From: Terriglobia bacterium
GTDB taxonomy: Bacteria > Acidobacteriota > Terriglobia > Versatilivoradales > Versatilivoraceae
Reading direction: 5' to 3'
Length of the DNA stretch: 64,000 bases
Assembly: GCA_963665655.1 (NCBI GenBank)
Contig: OY762429.1
Location: 2,224,503 to 2,288,502, forward strand
A program made the translations under genes and the position numbers. The notes under the pieces were generated by a model. That model did no database searches and was not told the DNA's origin. It saw nothing but the letters and a program-made list of their open reading frames with translations. Shown here in pieces: positions 44,750 through 55,486 of this stretch. Position 1 is the stretch's first letter, and every line of letters starts with the position of its first letter.

Positions 44750-46945
44750 TCATGGCCCCTCACCGTCGTGCAGCGTGATGTCAAAAAAGGTCGCAGCCAG
44801 AGTGCGGATATCGCGACTCGCCCCGATCTCCTTGGGGGACGCCGCGTTGGGAAATCCGAAATCGATCACGACTTCGTTCTCATTGAAATGGGTTGCAGGG
44901 ACAGCGATCGAATGGGTTCGAAGCCTCCTCTCGGTCAGTAGCCATTCACCGATGGGTTTGTCATTGATGTGGACCAGAATGCGTTGGTGTGGAAGCTTGT
45001 CCTGCACAATGAAGGGGAACAGTCTTGCGCTCAGCAGCACCGTGTCGCTTTCGGGAGGATCGACCTCCAACCTCAGTCTTGCGGCTTTGGCTGCTGTCCA
45101 GGTTCCGTTTTTTTCAGGTGCGCTCCAGCCGCCCTGCAGAAATCGATGGACGTTACCCTTCGATCCGAACTCCAGTGGAGTGCCCCATAAATACTTTCGG
45201 TTCCTGTGCGCGGTCGGCTTGCGATAGATCTTTCCGACTTGCCATGAGGATTCCCGGAATACGCTTCCCGAAATGACGTATTCCTGCAAGCTTTCGAAAT
45301 ATCCGATTCTTGCAGCCTGACCCCGTTCAGACATCTCACGATAGAATTTTCGCTGCCTCTCCTCTCCACTCTTGACTGCGAAAACATTACTGCCGCCAAA
45401 GTCATGGGGCAACCCCAGCTGCGCTGTGATCGTTGCCGGGATGTCGTTGAGTTCAACCGGAGCCTCGGACACCTTGAGGGGTTCGCCACTATTCGCAGGC
45501 TTGACCAGAAGCAAAGGCAAGACACCTCCCCATACCCGCAGCCTGGATTTCAGACTATCTATCCAACGTCCCGAACCCGCTTCCCGCATCTGAAACGACT
45601 CCCCGCTTCCATGATCCGACTGGATGATGATCGTCGAACGATCGTAGATTCCGAGCCCTCGCAGTTTGTCAAGCAAGGCGACGATCCTGGAGAGAGTAAA
45701 AGCGGACTGCCGCTTGTGGTTCTCTCGGGTACGCGGCAGGGGTTTCCTGGCCGGGACGTCCCCTTCGGCAACCACCAGCGGGGGGTGGGGCGTGATGAGG
45801 TGAATGTACTTGTAGACGACCGCCTCTCGGCCCAGCGATGACTTTTCAGTGAAATGCCGTAGGAACTCATTCCCGGAGAAGTGTTTATGCTGCAGGCCGG
45901 ACAGGTCCAGTATCGCCGATGAGACCCTCCAGGCTTGTTGGTTGTAGATCGCTCCCTTGATGAAATGGGGGGTGCATCGAAACAGCGAAAGGTCCAACAT
46001 GAAACCGGCGTGCCATTTCTCTGCTTCCTCCTTCCCCCGAAAGGGTCTCGGGATGTGGTAGTAGTTTCCGTTTCGATGAAAGTTCAACGAGAAATCTGTG
46101 GCCGAAGCCATATCGACCTGGTAACCGGCGTTGGCCAGAACCTGGACCATGTTCCTGCCTTCCAACGCCTCTTGCTTGAATCTCCAGACGGGAATGTGAT
46201 TCAGGTAGGTGGTGGCGGTCATGAAGGATGGAACGCTCAAATAGGTGACGGTGGACGAGGTAATGGCTTCCTTGAAAAAGGTGAAGCCACGCAGGGCATC
46301 CCGATAGCGTTTGGAGTCCGCGACGATCTCCTCGAAAATGTCCGACTGAAATCCGTCCAGGACAATGTGAATCACATTCCCGGTGGCTGAGAACCGGAAG
46401 AGCGTCTCGGGAGGATCAAAGCGAGCAAGCGAGCTCCCGAGTTTGTCACCCGGTTCAGCTCGTGGATCCGGTTCCAGGAACCACAGGGAGCCCACCTGAA
46501 CCGCCAACAGGAACAGGCAGAGTGGCCGGACCATCGGGAGCACTCGGCGCCGCCAATAGACGGCAGCTACAATTACCGCCACCCATATGGGGGTGTCGAC
46601 ATAGCCCTTCCACGCCTCCCGCCGCCAGTCTATGGGGGTTCCATCCAGCGCACCGTAATCCCAGAGAAGAACGTCGCCCTGCAGCCAGAGAAGGACGCCG
46701 ATCGCGGCCAGAACAGCCGCGTAGAATTGGCGCGGACCACGCGGCAGGGCCAGTCCCAGACCGGCAACCAGGGCGGCGCATGCCAGGAACGGGAGGACAT
46801 AGAGCCAGGCCAGAGTCTGGAATCCGACTCTCATTTCCTCCGCATTGGTGATGTGGATGGTAAGAGGGCAGAAGAGAAAGATCTTGAGATTGATCCAACC
46901 CGACAGGAGTATGAGAGAAATGGCTGCGCTTCTTCTGTCAGTCAT
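44750..46945 (-). CDS. Membrane-anchored sulfatase / alkaline-phosphatase-superfamily protein (LtaS/phosphoethanolamine-transferase-like)
   Basis: Multi-TM N-terminus followed by HIVLDGFQSD and IIIQSDHGSGE metal-binding motifs of the sulfatase/LtaS fold. 731 aa. Confidence 0.55.
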   Translation of the reverse strand: MTDRRSAAISLILLSGWINLKIFLFCPLTIHITNAEEMRVGFQTLAWLYVLPFLACAALVAGLGLALPRGPRQFYAAVLAAIGVLLWLQGDVLLWDYGALDGTPIDWRREAWKGYVDTPIWVAVIVAAVYWRRRVLPMVRPLCLFLLAVQVGSLWFLEPDPRAEPGDKLGSSLARFDPPETLFRFSATGNVIHIVLDGFQSDIFEEIVADSKRYRDALRGFTFFKEAITSSTVTYLSVPSFMTATTYLNHIPVWRFKQEALEGRNMVQVLANAGYQVDMASATDFSLNFHRNGNYYHIPRPFRGKEEAEKWHAGFMLDLSLFRCTPHFIKGAIYNQQAWRVSSAILDLSGLQHKHFSGNEFLRHFTEKSSLGREAVVYKYIHLITPHPPLVVAEGDVPARKPLPRTRENHKRQSAFTLSRIVALLDKLRGLGIYDRSTIIIQSDHGSGESFQMREAGSGRWIDSLKSRLRVWGGVLPLLLVKPANSGEPLKVSEAPVELNDIPATITAQLGLPHDFGGSNVFAVKSGEERQRKFYREMSERGQAARIGYFESLQEYVISGSVFRESSWQVGKIYRKPTAHRNRKYLWGTPLEFGSKGNVHRFLQGGWSAPEKNGTWTAAKAARLRLEVDPPESDTVLLSARLFPFIVQDKLPHQRILVHINDKPIGEWLLTERRLRTHSIAVPATHFNENEVVIDFGFPNAASPKEIGASRDIRTLAATFFDITLHDGEGP

Positions 46946-47182
46946 CGCGAGATGTCCGGGGAACGACCACCTCTATCCCCTGAGCCTTTTGCAAATACCC
47001 TCGGGTAACGGCATTTTGGGGGGTGGGGGATAAGGGGCCCGATGCGTGAAAGGGCAAGATCGCTCTCTGTTATATCATGGAGATGAAGAGTCCACCTGAT
47101 CAACGGAAGCAGAACTTGCCCCTAAAATGGCTCAAAAAGGAGAAGCACGGCATCCCGACAGCCCCCCTCGAGAGGTGAAACC

Positions 47183-47954
47183 ATGGATCAAACAGCCCAG
47201 GGGCCAAGCGCCCCTACCCACGAGACGCGAGTCCCCGAATCCACCCGTCTTTATCGACGGGCCGACAATCTGATTGCCGGTCGCACCCACCTGTTCGGAA
47301 GGCGTGCCGAACTTCACGCGCAGGGGATCTCGCCCGTCTACAGCCACCGCCAGCAGGGCTGCCGGCTATGGGACGTGGACGGCAACGAGTATCTCGACTT
47401 CAATCTCGGCGCCGGCTCGGTCCTTCTGGGACATGCCTTTCCCAGCGTGGTCCGGGCCGTCCGGGAGCAGGCCGCCAGGGGTACCGGGCTGACCGTCAAC
47501 CACCCTCTGGAGTCAGCAGCGTCTACTGGGCCGAAGCCACCGGCCTGGCGGCCTGCAAGGCCACCCTGCAGGAAACCGCGCCCGCAACGTCAGTGCGATC
47601 ATCCAGGACATCGGCTGCAGCTTCATGAAAGGCCTGAGCGGGATTTTCGGGGAGTTGGGGCTGTCCTTCCGCATGATCGGACTGCCCTCCTTCCCCGCCA
47701 TGGTCTTCGAAGGGGTTCCTGCCGAGCAGAATCCCGCCGCGGCCACCCTCTACCTGCAGGAAACCGCCAAGAGAGGCGTGATTGGCGGGCCGGGCTTCAT
47801 GTTCTGCATGCAGCACTCCCAGGCGGACCTGGATTTGGCGCTGGAGAGAATCGGAGAAGCCCTGGAAGTGGTGGGAAAGGCGGTGGACGAGGGCGACCCG
47901 GTCAAGTACCTGGAGTGCCCCGTCAAGCAGTCGGGTTTTCGGCGGCTGGTTTAG
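47183..47954 (+). pseudogene. Class III aminotransferase (glutamate-1-semialdehyde aminomutase-like) pseudogene: N-terminal and C-terminal fragments in different frames with an internal deletion
   Basis: Residues 1-~110 of ORF 47183.. match an aminotransferase class III N-terminus (LIAGRTHLFGRR...RLWDVDGNEYLDFNLGAGSVLLGHAFPSVV). ORF 47625..47954 matches a class III C-terminus. The frames differ and the total span is ~770 bp against the ~1.3 kb expected. Confidence 0.5.
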
Positions 47955-47994
47955 CCCGCATTTCTCGCCGGGTGGGTAAGGAGAAGCCCTGGCC

Positions 47995-49071
47995 TCAGAC
48001 AGTCGGCATAGCCGGAACCACTTCCTCGGCCAGCAGTTTCATGGAACGGCGCCACTTGTCCTCGTCGTCCCAGTCCTTGGAGGTCATCAGCAGGGTCCCG
48101 AACCCACCCGTCACCTCCCAGACCTCCTCCAACTGGCGAATGCAATCCTTGACGTTGCCCATGATGCAGAGGTGCTTCACGGCATACTCCGGAGTCACCT
48201 CCTCGTCGGGCACCTCGGGATCGTGCTTGGCCAGGTGAAGCATCTTGGCCGACTTCAACAGCCCCAGAAGGTACTCGAAGGAGCGGGCCACATTGCCGTT
48301 CATGAGGTGATCCCAGGCCTCGTCCTTGGACTCGCCCACGTAGACGCTGCGGGAGACTCTCCAGACGTCGCGGCTGGGAGGCGGCTGGCCGGCGTCTTCG
48401 GCGCCCCGGCAGTAGTGGCGCCAGTGCTGGGCCGCCGTGGAGTCCGGAATCAGGTTGGTGCTGAGCGGGAGATAACCGCGCTGGCCGGCCATGAAGGCAG
48501 CCCGCGAGTCTCCTCTCACAATGCTCATGCCGATGGGAGGATGGGGCTTCTGGTAGGGCTGCAGAATGGTCCCGATCCCCAACTCCTGCCTGGGACTCTG
48601 AATCCTGATACGCCAGAACTTCCCCTGAAAGTCGAAGGGGACTTGCGTTTGCCAGAGCTTCAGGATCATGTCGATGCCCTCGAGCGTCATCAGGCCCTGG
48701 GTCTGGGGGTCCGGCAGGTCGAACAGCTCCCAGTCGGTGGGCACGCCCCCCTGACCGAAGCCGCAGTTGAGCCGCCCCCTCGAGAGGTGATCCAGCATCG
48801 AAAGGCGGATGGCGATGTTGGCGGGGTGGTGCTGGGGAATGATCGAGACCCCGGTCCCCAACCGGATCTTGCTGGTGAGGGGCAGAATGTGGGCGATGAA
48901 CAGATCGTTGGAGGGAATGGGTTCCCAGGCCAGCGTGTGGTGCTGGCCGATCCAGGCCTCGGTGAAACCCAGGGCTTCGGCCAGAAGAACGTAGTCCACG
49001 TCCTCCTGGAAGCACTCGGTCCGGGATTTCTCCGGAGGATGCAGCGGCATCATGAAAGTTCCCAGCTTCAT
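47995..49071 (-). CDS. LLM-class (luciferase-like) flavin-dependent oxidoreductase
   Basis: MKLGTFMMPLHPPEKS...LLAEALGFTEAWIGQHH TIM-barrel LLM N-terminus. 358 aa. Confidence 0.75.
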   Translation of the reverse strand: MKLGTFMMPLHPPEKSRTECFQEDVDYVLLAEALGFTEAWIGQHHTLAWEPIPSNDLFIAHILPLTSKIRLGTGVSIIPQHHPANIAIRLSMLDHLSRGRLNCGFGQGGVPTDWELFDLPDPQTQGLMTLEGIDMILKLWQTQVPFDFQGKFWRIRIQSPRQELGIGTILQPYQKPHPPIGMSIVRGDSRAAFMAGQRGYLPLSTNLIPDSTAAQHWRHYCRGAEDAGQPPPSRDVWRVSRSVYVGESKDEAWDHLMNGNVARSFEYLLGLLKSAKMLHLAKHDPEVPDEEVTPEYAVKHLCIMGNVKDCIRQLEEVWEVTGGFGTLLMTSKDWDDEDKWRRSMKLLAEEVVPAMPTV

Positions 49072-49108
49072 TGAGCGAGTCCTCCTGTGGGTCCGGTGTC
49101 GGACGGGG

Positions 49109-49420
49109 TTACTGAGGCAATCCAGGTCCCGGGCGGGCCTTCATGAGACGCACTTCCCGCCGCCTGATGGTGGGTCGTATCTTGCCCACGATCTCGAGCC
49201 ACTCCGGGCTGCCGTAGTAGGCATCGACGGCCTTCTGGCGCTGTTTCAGGGACGAGAAGGAACGCATCCAGATGAACTCGTCCTCGCGTTCCAGGTTCTC
49301 CCAGGCCGTGACGAAAGTGACGCCGTACTTCTCCATGAAGGTGCGAGCCACCTTGAAGTACTTCAGGAAGGTGGGCTTGCGCCCCGGGTGAAAGCGGTAG
49401 ATTCTGAGTTCGTAGATCAT
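49109..49420 (-). CDS. NIPSNAP family protein
   Basis: 103 aa: MIYELRIYRFHPG...FMEKYG dimeric alpha/beta barrel pattern typical of NIPSNAP. Confidence 0.55.
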   Translation of the reverse strand: MIYELRIYRFHPGRKPTFLKYFKVARTFMEKYGVTFVTAWENLEREDEFIWMRSFSSLKQRQKAVDAYYGSPEWLEIVGKIRPTIRRREVRLMKARPGPGLPQ

Positions 49421-49436
49421 TCCGCGGGTTCCTTCT

Positions 49437-49548
49437 AGTGTTGCGTTTGGAAACCGAGTTCTTTCGACAACGGTTTGTATATTTTTGAATTCGTTGCCTT
49501 TGGCCTACTGGAGCAGGTCAACGGGGTTTCCAAACGCAACACTAGTTA
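49437..49548. repeat. Perfect ~20-bp inverted repeat (GTGTTGCGTTTGGAAACC...GGTTTCCAAACGCAACAC) with a ~65-nt AT-rich spacer
   Basis: Read directly at 49437-49458 and 49527-49548. It lies between the 3-prime end of the low-GC gene 49563..50513 and the NIPSNAP gene start. Confidence 0.6.
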
Positions 49549-49562
49549 ACCGGTGCGTGGAC

Positions 49563-50513
49563 CTAACCCTTCTCGGATGGTGATTGGCCGAGTATCTCCT
49601 CCAGGCGAGGATCGAAGATTTGTTTGAGTTTCAGCAGATGTTCACGTATCCATTCCCTTATCTGATTTAGCTTCTCAGGCGGATCGTTTATCCAAGCTTC
49701 CTCACCCTGTAGAATTAATTGGATCTTCTTCGTGTCTTTCCATATAAGCTTTCGCCCCAGGCTCTCCTCAATGTCACTTTTTTCTAATTCGAGAGAACCG
49801 AAGATTTTCTTTTCGTGTTCTCGGTCCCCCGTCTTCATCTCCAGATAAACCGCAACTGGTTGAGCCCTATTTCGCTCCATCGACCAGTAATATCTGAAGC
49901 CTGAAACACTTGACGGAATTGAATTCCAATTCAAGAGTGCCCCAGTGGTATCGGCGAGCCCTTGCTCCCTCAGTCTATCAAGGATTTGCTGGTTGAAATG
50001 ACGCTGTTTCTTATTATCTGGAGATACAGATCTCCTGGTCTGCCTTGACCAAGTGTTGGGACGTGCCACGAGACGGAAATCCGGTGCGGGAAGCGAATCA
50101 CCGATCTTGACGACGCGGACCTCAACCCCGTAGAAATCGACCTCGTCGCGCGTCCGGGCGTTGAGCCAGTCTATGGCTGCGAGATGCTCATCCGTGAAGC
50201 GAGCCGCAACCCATATCACGATTCGCGCTTCATATCCTGCAGCGTAAATCAGCAGTCGCGCCAGATGATCGTGATTGGTCGCATCTAGCTGGTTTTCTAC
50301 AACAACCGTCTGGCCTTCTCGATCCTTTGCGCGAATGTCCAGGCGATTAGGTCCCACAGGTGCTTCCTGCTCAACTGCCTCCAAGGCTATTCCCAGTGTT
50401 TCACTCAGCAGATTCAGTTTTTTTGCAAGCCAAGGCGTGAAGTCACGCGCCTCATCCGGCCATATTGTTCGGATCTCCACTTCCTGGATCCTTCCCAGTT
50501 CCGCCACTCCCAT
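49563..50513 (-). CDS. Hypothetical protein with a PD-(D/E)xK nuclease-like N-terminal core; lower GC than its surroundings
   Basis: NRLDIRAKDREGQTVVVENQLDATNHDHLARLLIYAAG fits a D...E-x-Q/K restriction-endonuclease-like core. By eye, composition is clearly AT-richer than the flanking genes. Confidence 0.4.
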   Translation of the reverse strand: MGVAELGRIQEVEIRTIWPDEARDFTPWLAKKLNLLSETLGIALEAVEQEAPVGPNRLDIRAKDREGQTVVVENQLDATNHDHLARLLIYAAGYEARIVIWVAARFTDEHLAAIDWLNARTRDEVDFYGVEVRVVKIGDSLPAPDFRLVARPNTWSRQTRRSVSPDNKKQRHFNQQILDRLREQGLADTTGALLNWNSIPSSVSGFRYYWSMERNRAQPVAVYLEMKTGDREHEKKIFGSLELEKSDIEESLGRKLIWKDTKKIQLILQGEEAWINDPPEKLNQIREWIREHLLKLKQIFDPRLEEILGQSPSEKG

Positions 50514-50796
50514 TGCTGTTTACCTTCCTCGTTGGCCGGCAGCACCCGTCTGAATCACGACGTCCGCGCGCTGATGGCCGAGGGTATTGCGGTCCTCATC
50601 CAGAGGGTTGATTGGGCAGCGAATTATGTTCCCCCGCCACGGAGGTGTCAAGGGACGGGAGGCCGAGTTACCCCATGACCGGTTACCGGAATTCACCCCC
50701 TGACCGCCCGCAGGGAAGGAACCTTCAAGTCTTTCTTCGTGGTCCTTCGCGTCCCTTTGTGGATAGCTCTTTTCCCTGGTGGTCCGTCCCGCTCCA

Positions 50797-53328
50797 CTAG
50801 TGCAGGTAAGCCGAAGGGGCCTCGGCCGCCTTGAGTCCGGGCGGCATGAGCAGCGGCGCCAGAGCATGGCCCGTATGGGAGCCGGGAACCCGGGCCACCT
50901 CTTCCGGAGTCCCCTGGGCAACGATCCGTCCGCCCTGTTCGCCACCCTCCGGACCCAGGTCTATGATCCAGTCAGCCGTCTTGATGACGTCGATCTGGTG
51001 CTCGATGACGATCACGGTGTTGCCCCGATCGGTCAAGCGGTGGAGCACCTCCAGGAGCCTCTTGACATCCTCGAAATGCAGGCCCGTGGTGGGTTCGTCC
51101 AGGATGTAGAGGGTCCGCCCCGTTGCCCTGCGACTCAGCTCCCGAGCCAGCTTGATCCTCTGGGCCTCGCCTCCGGACAGGGTGGTCGCCGACTGTCCCA
51201 GGTGGACATACCCCAGTCCGACCTCGCTCAGCGTCTGAAGCTTCATGCGGATCGAGGGGACGTTGGCCAGGATTTCGAGCGCTTCGTCCACCGAGCTTTC
51301 CAGCAGATCGGCAATGGAGCGCCCCTTGTAGCCGACGGTCAAGGTCTCGCGGTTGTAGCGGCGGCCCCGGCAGACGTCGCACTGGACGTAGACATCGGGG
51401 AGAAAGCTCATCTCGATGCGTCTCAGTCCGTCCCCCTGGCAAGCCTCGCAGCGCCCTCCCTTGACGTTGAAGCTGAAGCGGCCCGGCTTGTAGCCGCGCT
51501 CGCGCGATTCCGGCAGCGAGGCGTAGAGCTCGCGGATGGCTGTAAACAGGCCGGTATAGGTGGCGGGATTCGAGCGGGGCGACCGCCCGATGGGTTGTTG
51601 GTCGATCTCGATGACCTTGTCGATCAGAGCGGCGCCGGAAAGACTCCGGTGCCGGCCGGGCTCGGCCAGCGAACCGTACAGACGCCTGGCCAGGGCGCGG
51701 TAGAGGATGTCATTGACCAGAGAGGATTTGCCGGAACCGGAGACTCCGGAGACGACCGTGAACAGACCCAGGGGAAAGCGCACGTTGATTCCCTTCAGGT
51801 TGTTCTGGCGGGCACCCCGGACGACCACGGCCTTGCCGTCGCCCTTGCGCCGTTGGTCGGGAACCGGAATCTCCAACTCTCCGGAAATGTAACGCCCGGT
51901 CAGGGAACGGGGATTGTGCGATATCTGCGCCGCAGTGCCCTTGGCAATCAGATCGCCTCCGGCCTTGCCGGCTCCCGCGCCCAGATCGACCACGAAATCG
52001 GCCCGGCGGATGGTGTCCTCGTCATGCTCGACCACCAGCACCGTATTGCCCAGGTCCCTGAGATGCTGCAGCATTTTCAGCAGTTTCCGGTTGTCGCGAT
52101 GGTGCAACCCGATGGAAGGCTCGTCCAGGACATAGAGCACCCCTCGAAGCCTGGATCCGATCTGGGTGGCCAGCCGGATCCTCTGAGCTTCTCCTCCGGA
52201 AAGGGTCGCGGCGGAACGGTCGAGACTCAGATACTCCAGACCCACCGCGCACAGGAACTCGATGCGGTCGATCACCTCCTGAACCACCCGGCCAGCCACG
52301 GTTTCCTCCCGGGGGGTCAGCTTGAGATTCCGGATGACCTGCAGGGTGTTCCCCAGGGGAAAAGCAGTCAGGTCCGCAATGGACAGCCGCGCCACCTTGA
52401 TGGCCAGGCTTTCGGGTCGCAGTCGCCGGCCCCCGCACGTCGAGCAGGGCCTGGGGGTCAGATCCGGCTCCAAACGGGTGCCCAGACCCGAACAGCTCGG
52501 GCAGGCTCCATAGCGGCTGTTGAACGAGAAGGTCCTGGGCTCGACCGCCGGGATGGAAATGCCGCAGTCGACGCAAGCCAGCCTCTCCGAGTAGAGCCGC
52601 TCCTGGCCGTTGACCACCGCAATCAGCACGATGCCCCCGGTCAACTTCATGGCCGTCTGAATCGCGCTCTCTACCCGGCGCTCGATGCCGGGCTTGATCA
52701 ACAGCCGGTCGACCACAACCTCGATGGTATGGTTCTTGTGCCTCTCCAGACGAATCTCCTCATCCAGCGGCCGCAGCCGGCCGTCGATCCGGGCCCGGAC
52801 AAATCCCTGGCCGGCCAGATCCTCCAGGAACTGGCGGTATTCCCCCTTGCGGCCGCGCACCACCGGGGCCAGCACCATGATGCGTTCGCCCGGGGGAAGT
52901 TCCTGAATCCGCTCCAGAATCTGCCGAATCGACTGGCGGGCGACCAATCGGCCGCACCGGTGGCAGTGGGGGACCCCGATGGAGGAGTAAAGCAGGCGAA
53001 GATAATCGTAGACCTCGGTGATGGTGCCAACGGTTGAACGCGGGCTGCGGCTGGTGGTCTTCTGCTCGATGGAAATGGCCGGGCTGAGTCCCTCGATGGA
53101 ATCCACGTCGGGACGTTCCATCTGATCCAGGAACTGGCGGGCATAGGCGGACAGCGACTCGACGTAGCGCCGTTGACCTTCGGCGTAAATGGTATCGAAG
53201 GCCAGACTCGACTTGCCGGATCCGCTCAGGCCGGTGATCACCGTCAGCCGGCGGCGGGGGATCTCGACCGTGATGTTTTTGAGGTTGTGCTGCCGGGCTC
53301 CCCGGACCACAATGCTGTCTAGACCCAT
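50797..53328 (-). CDS. uvrA: Excinuclease ABC subunit A (UvrA), short form
   Basis: N-terminus [60 protein letters not shown], two ABC modules and zinc modules. 843 aa against ~940 typical. Confidence 0.9.
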   Translation of the reverse strand: MGLDSIVVRGARQHNLKNITVEIPRRRLTVITGLSGSGKSSLAFDTIYAEGQRRYVESLSAYARQFLDQMERPDVDSIEGLSPAISIEQKTTSRSPRSTVGTITEVYDYLRLLYSSIGVPHCHRCGRLVARQSIRQILERIQELPPGERIMVLAPVVRGRKGEYRQFLEDLAGQGFVRARIDGRLRPLDEEIRLERHKNHTIEVVVDRLLIKPGIERRVESAIQTAMKLTGGIVLIAVVNGQERLYSERLACVDCGISIPAVEPRTFSFNSRYGACPSCSGLGTRLEPDLTPRPCSTCGGRRLRPESLAIKVARLSIADLTAFPLGNTLQVIRNLKLTPREETVAGRVVQEVIDRIEFLCAVGLEYLSLDRSAATLSGGEAQRIRLATQIGSRLRGVLYVLDEPSIGLHHRDNRKLLKMLQHLRDLGNTVLVVEHDEDTIRRADFVVDLGAGAGKAGGDLIAKGTAAQISHNPRSLTGRYISGELEIPVPDQRRKGDGKAVVVRGARQNNLKGINVRFPLGLFTVVSGVSGSGKSSLVNDILYRALARRLYGSLAEPGRHRSLSGAALIDKVIEIDQQPIGRSPRSNPATYTGLFTAIRELYASLPESRERGYKPGRFSFNVKGGRCEACQGDGLRRIEMSFLPDVYVQCDVCRGRRYNRETLTVGYKGRSIADLLESSVDEALEILANVPSIRMKLQTLSEVGLGYVHLGQSATTLSGGEAQRIKLARELSRRATGRTLYILDEPTTGLHFEDVKRLLEVLHRLTDRGNTVIVIEHQIDVIKTADWIIDLGPEGGEQGGRIVAQGTPEEVARVPGSHTGHALAPLLMPPGLKAAEAPSAYLH

Positions 53329-53580
53329 GGCGCTCGACCCAGGAATGAAACAGGGGCTCTATCGAAACCAGCCATCATAGTCCTGGCGGCGAAACACCGT
53401 CAAGCGCGGTGCCGGAGACGGCTGCGCGGAGAGGCCGCAGGCTTCGCCCGATCACTCCTCCGTTGAGGAGGAAACAGGATGCGGGCGAGACTCCCGCGCT
53501 TCCCGGGCGTGCCGCCCGGATGCGCGGTGGGGGATGTCTCTCGGGGGACTTCTCAAAAATGTGACGTGCATCCGGCGATT

Positions 53581-53610
53581 TTGACTTCGACGCCGGCGGC
53601 GCCCTACAAT
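53581..53610 (+). promoter_or_regulatory. Candidate sigma-70-type promoter TTGACT-N18-TACAAT upstream of the TPR protein gene
   Basis: Near-consensus -35 and -10 hexamers read directly, ~50 bp upstream of the ATG at 53664, in the divergent intergenic region shared with uvrA. Confidence 0.35.
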
Positions 53611-53663
53611 TTTGGGGAATGTGAAGTTCGGGATAAATCCAGGGCAGAGGAAGGAACCGCAGA

Positions 53664-54764
53664 ATGGGGAATCGGTGGTACAGGCCTTGGCCATTGGCAT
53701 TGCCGGCGCTTCTCGTCCTTGTGACGGCGACTGCCTCTGCCCAGACGACAACTGGCCGGGAGGAGCCTATCCACCATTCGGTGGCCGGACGGGTCCTCAC
53801 CCAAGACGGCCGTGCCAGCCAGAACATCAGCGTCGTTCTCTCCCGGTCGGACGGCAGTCAAGTGGGCCGCAAGACCGTGGGGTATGACGGCTCCTTCGTC
53901 TTCGAATCCCTGACCTCGGGAGACTATCTTCTCACCATCGAACGCCCCGATTTCGCCTCCGTCGGACGTCCGCTGGAGATCAGGAAATACAAGGAAGCCC
54001 GCACGGTGGTCCTGGACATCCGGCTCAAGGGCAACGAGTCCGCCTCCTTCCGGGAGGTGGTGAAGGCCTACGGATCCCTCCCCTCGGACCGCAAGGCCGA
54101 AGAAAAGTCAAAGAAAGTCAGCAGGAAGGCGGGCCAGGCCTACTTGAAGGCTTCGGCGGCCGCGGCCAAGGGAGACCGAGCCAGGGCCATCCGGCACCTC
54201 CGGAAAGCCGTGCGGGAGCAACCGGAATTCTTCGAGGCCCACTACAACCTGGGGGTGCACTACCAGGCGCTGGAACAGTGGGAGAATGCCACCCAAGCCT
54301 ATCTGAGGGCCATCGAGCTCCGCAGCAATTCGGCCAGGCCCAATTTCAATCTGGGGGTCATCTACCACAACCAGGGCAAGCTGGATCAAGCCATCCAGCG
54401 ATACCGGCAGGCCCTGGAATACGACCCCAGCTTCGCCGAAGCCCACCAGGCGCTGGGTGAAGCCCGCTTTCAGCAAGGTCGCCACTACGCCGCCGAGCAG
54501 CACCTGGAAACGGCCACCCGGCTGGCGCCCGCCCGAGCGGCGCCTTCATTCGGTCTGCTGGTGAAGATACAGCTTCTCAACAAGGATCCGAGCCAAGCCC
54601 AGTTCTACCTGGACCAGTTCCTGCAACACCACCCCGACGCCCCCATCGCCCCAACCCTCCAGCAGGAGATCGACAGCCTGCTGGCTGCAGGCCAGGGAGG
54701 CGCTACTCCTGGTACTGCAGCAGGGAACGGACCTCGACGTCGGGCAGGCGGGCGCGGCCGTTGA
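53664..54764 (+). CDS. Secreted TPR-repeat protein with an N-terminal carboxypeptidase-regulatory-like beta domain
   Basis: Signal peptide ([17 protein letters not shown]). The N-terminal region with GRVLTQDG...[16 protein letters not shown] is CarbopepD_reg-like. Several TPR units follow ([18 protein letters not shown]; [18 protein letters not shown]). Confidence 0.6.
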   Translation: MGNRWYRPWPLALPALLVLVTATASAQTTTGREEPIHHSVAGRVLTQDGRASQNISVVLSRSDGSQVGRKTVGYDGSFVFESLTSGDYLLTIERPDFASVGRPLEIRKYKEARTVVLDIRLKGNESASFREVVKAYGSLPSDRKAEEKSKKVSRKAGQAYLKASAAAAKGDRARAIRHLRKAVREQPEFFEAHYNLGVHYQALEQWENATQAYLRAIELRSNSARPNFNLGVIYHNQGKLDQAIQRYRQALEYDPSFAEAHQALGEARFQQGRHYAAEQHLETATRLAPARAAPSFGLLVKIQLLNKDPSQAQFYLDQFLQHHPDAPIAPTLQQEIDSLLAAGQGGATPGTAAGNGPRRRAGGRGR

Positions 54765-55224
54765 GGAATTCCAGCTCCACCAGGAAGGCCGCCCCCACCA
54801 ACCGCCCCCCCAACCGCCGAACCAGCCGGACGGTGGCGGCGGCGGTGCCCCCGGTCGCCAGCAGGTCATCCACCAGCAGAACCCGCTGACCGTCACGGAT
54901 GGCATCCTGGTGGACCTCGAGGCTGTCCTGGCCATACTCCAGGTCATAGGTTTCCACAATGGCTTCGGCGGGGAGCTTCCCCGGTTTTCGGACCGGAACG
55001 AATCCGGCGCCCAGCTCGCAGGCCACGGTGGGAGCAAAAATGAACCCCCGGGACTCGATCCCCACCACCAGGTCGATGGCCTGGCCCCGGTAGAGATCCA
55101 CCAGCCGCTCCGTCACCTCCTTCAAGACCCCTTTCTCCTTGAGCAGGGTGGTGATGTCGTAAAAGAGAATCCCCTTCTTGGGGAAATCGGGAACGTGACG
55201 GATCAGCGACTTGAAATCATCCAT
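54703..55224 (-). CDS. apt: Adenine phosphoribosyltransferase
   Basis: Start at the internal Met [28 protein letters not shown]; PRPP-binding motif [19 protein letters not shown] 54703..55257 allows 11 extra residues. Confidence 0.75.
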   Translation of the reverse strand: MDDFKSLIRHVPDFPKKGILFYDITTLLKEKGVLKEVTERLVDLYRGQAIDLVVGIESRGFIFAPTVACELGAGFVPVRKPGKLPAEAIVETYDLEYGQDSLEVHQDAIRDGQRVLLVDDLLATGGTAAATVRLVRRLGGRLVGAAFLVELEFLNGRARLPDVEVRSLLQYQE

Positions 55225-55486
55225 TGGGGTGGCCTCCTGAACCCAGGGGAGCGGCAAGTGAAATGCGCAGCAGACTATATCACGGTCGCCGGACCCCTTT
55301 CAGGCGCTCCATTCCGGAGCTATTTGCCTTTGACAACCCTTTTTGCACTGTGGTACCTACCTGCTCTCACGCGATCGGCGCCCACGCCGGCCTCTGAAAC
55401 GCTACCGGCCCGCGTTTCTGGTCGCGTCGCCGGGTACAGGCCCCTTTCGATTCCGGCGCCCTTTCCCCACTGGAGCACACTGAACC

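Noticed and set aside
50779-53037. 752-aa plus-strand ORF
   Set aside because: It is antisense to uvrA.
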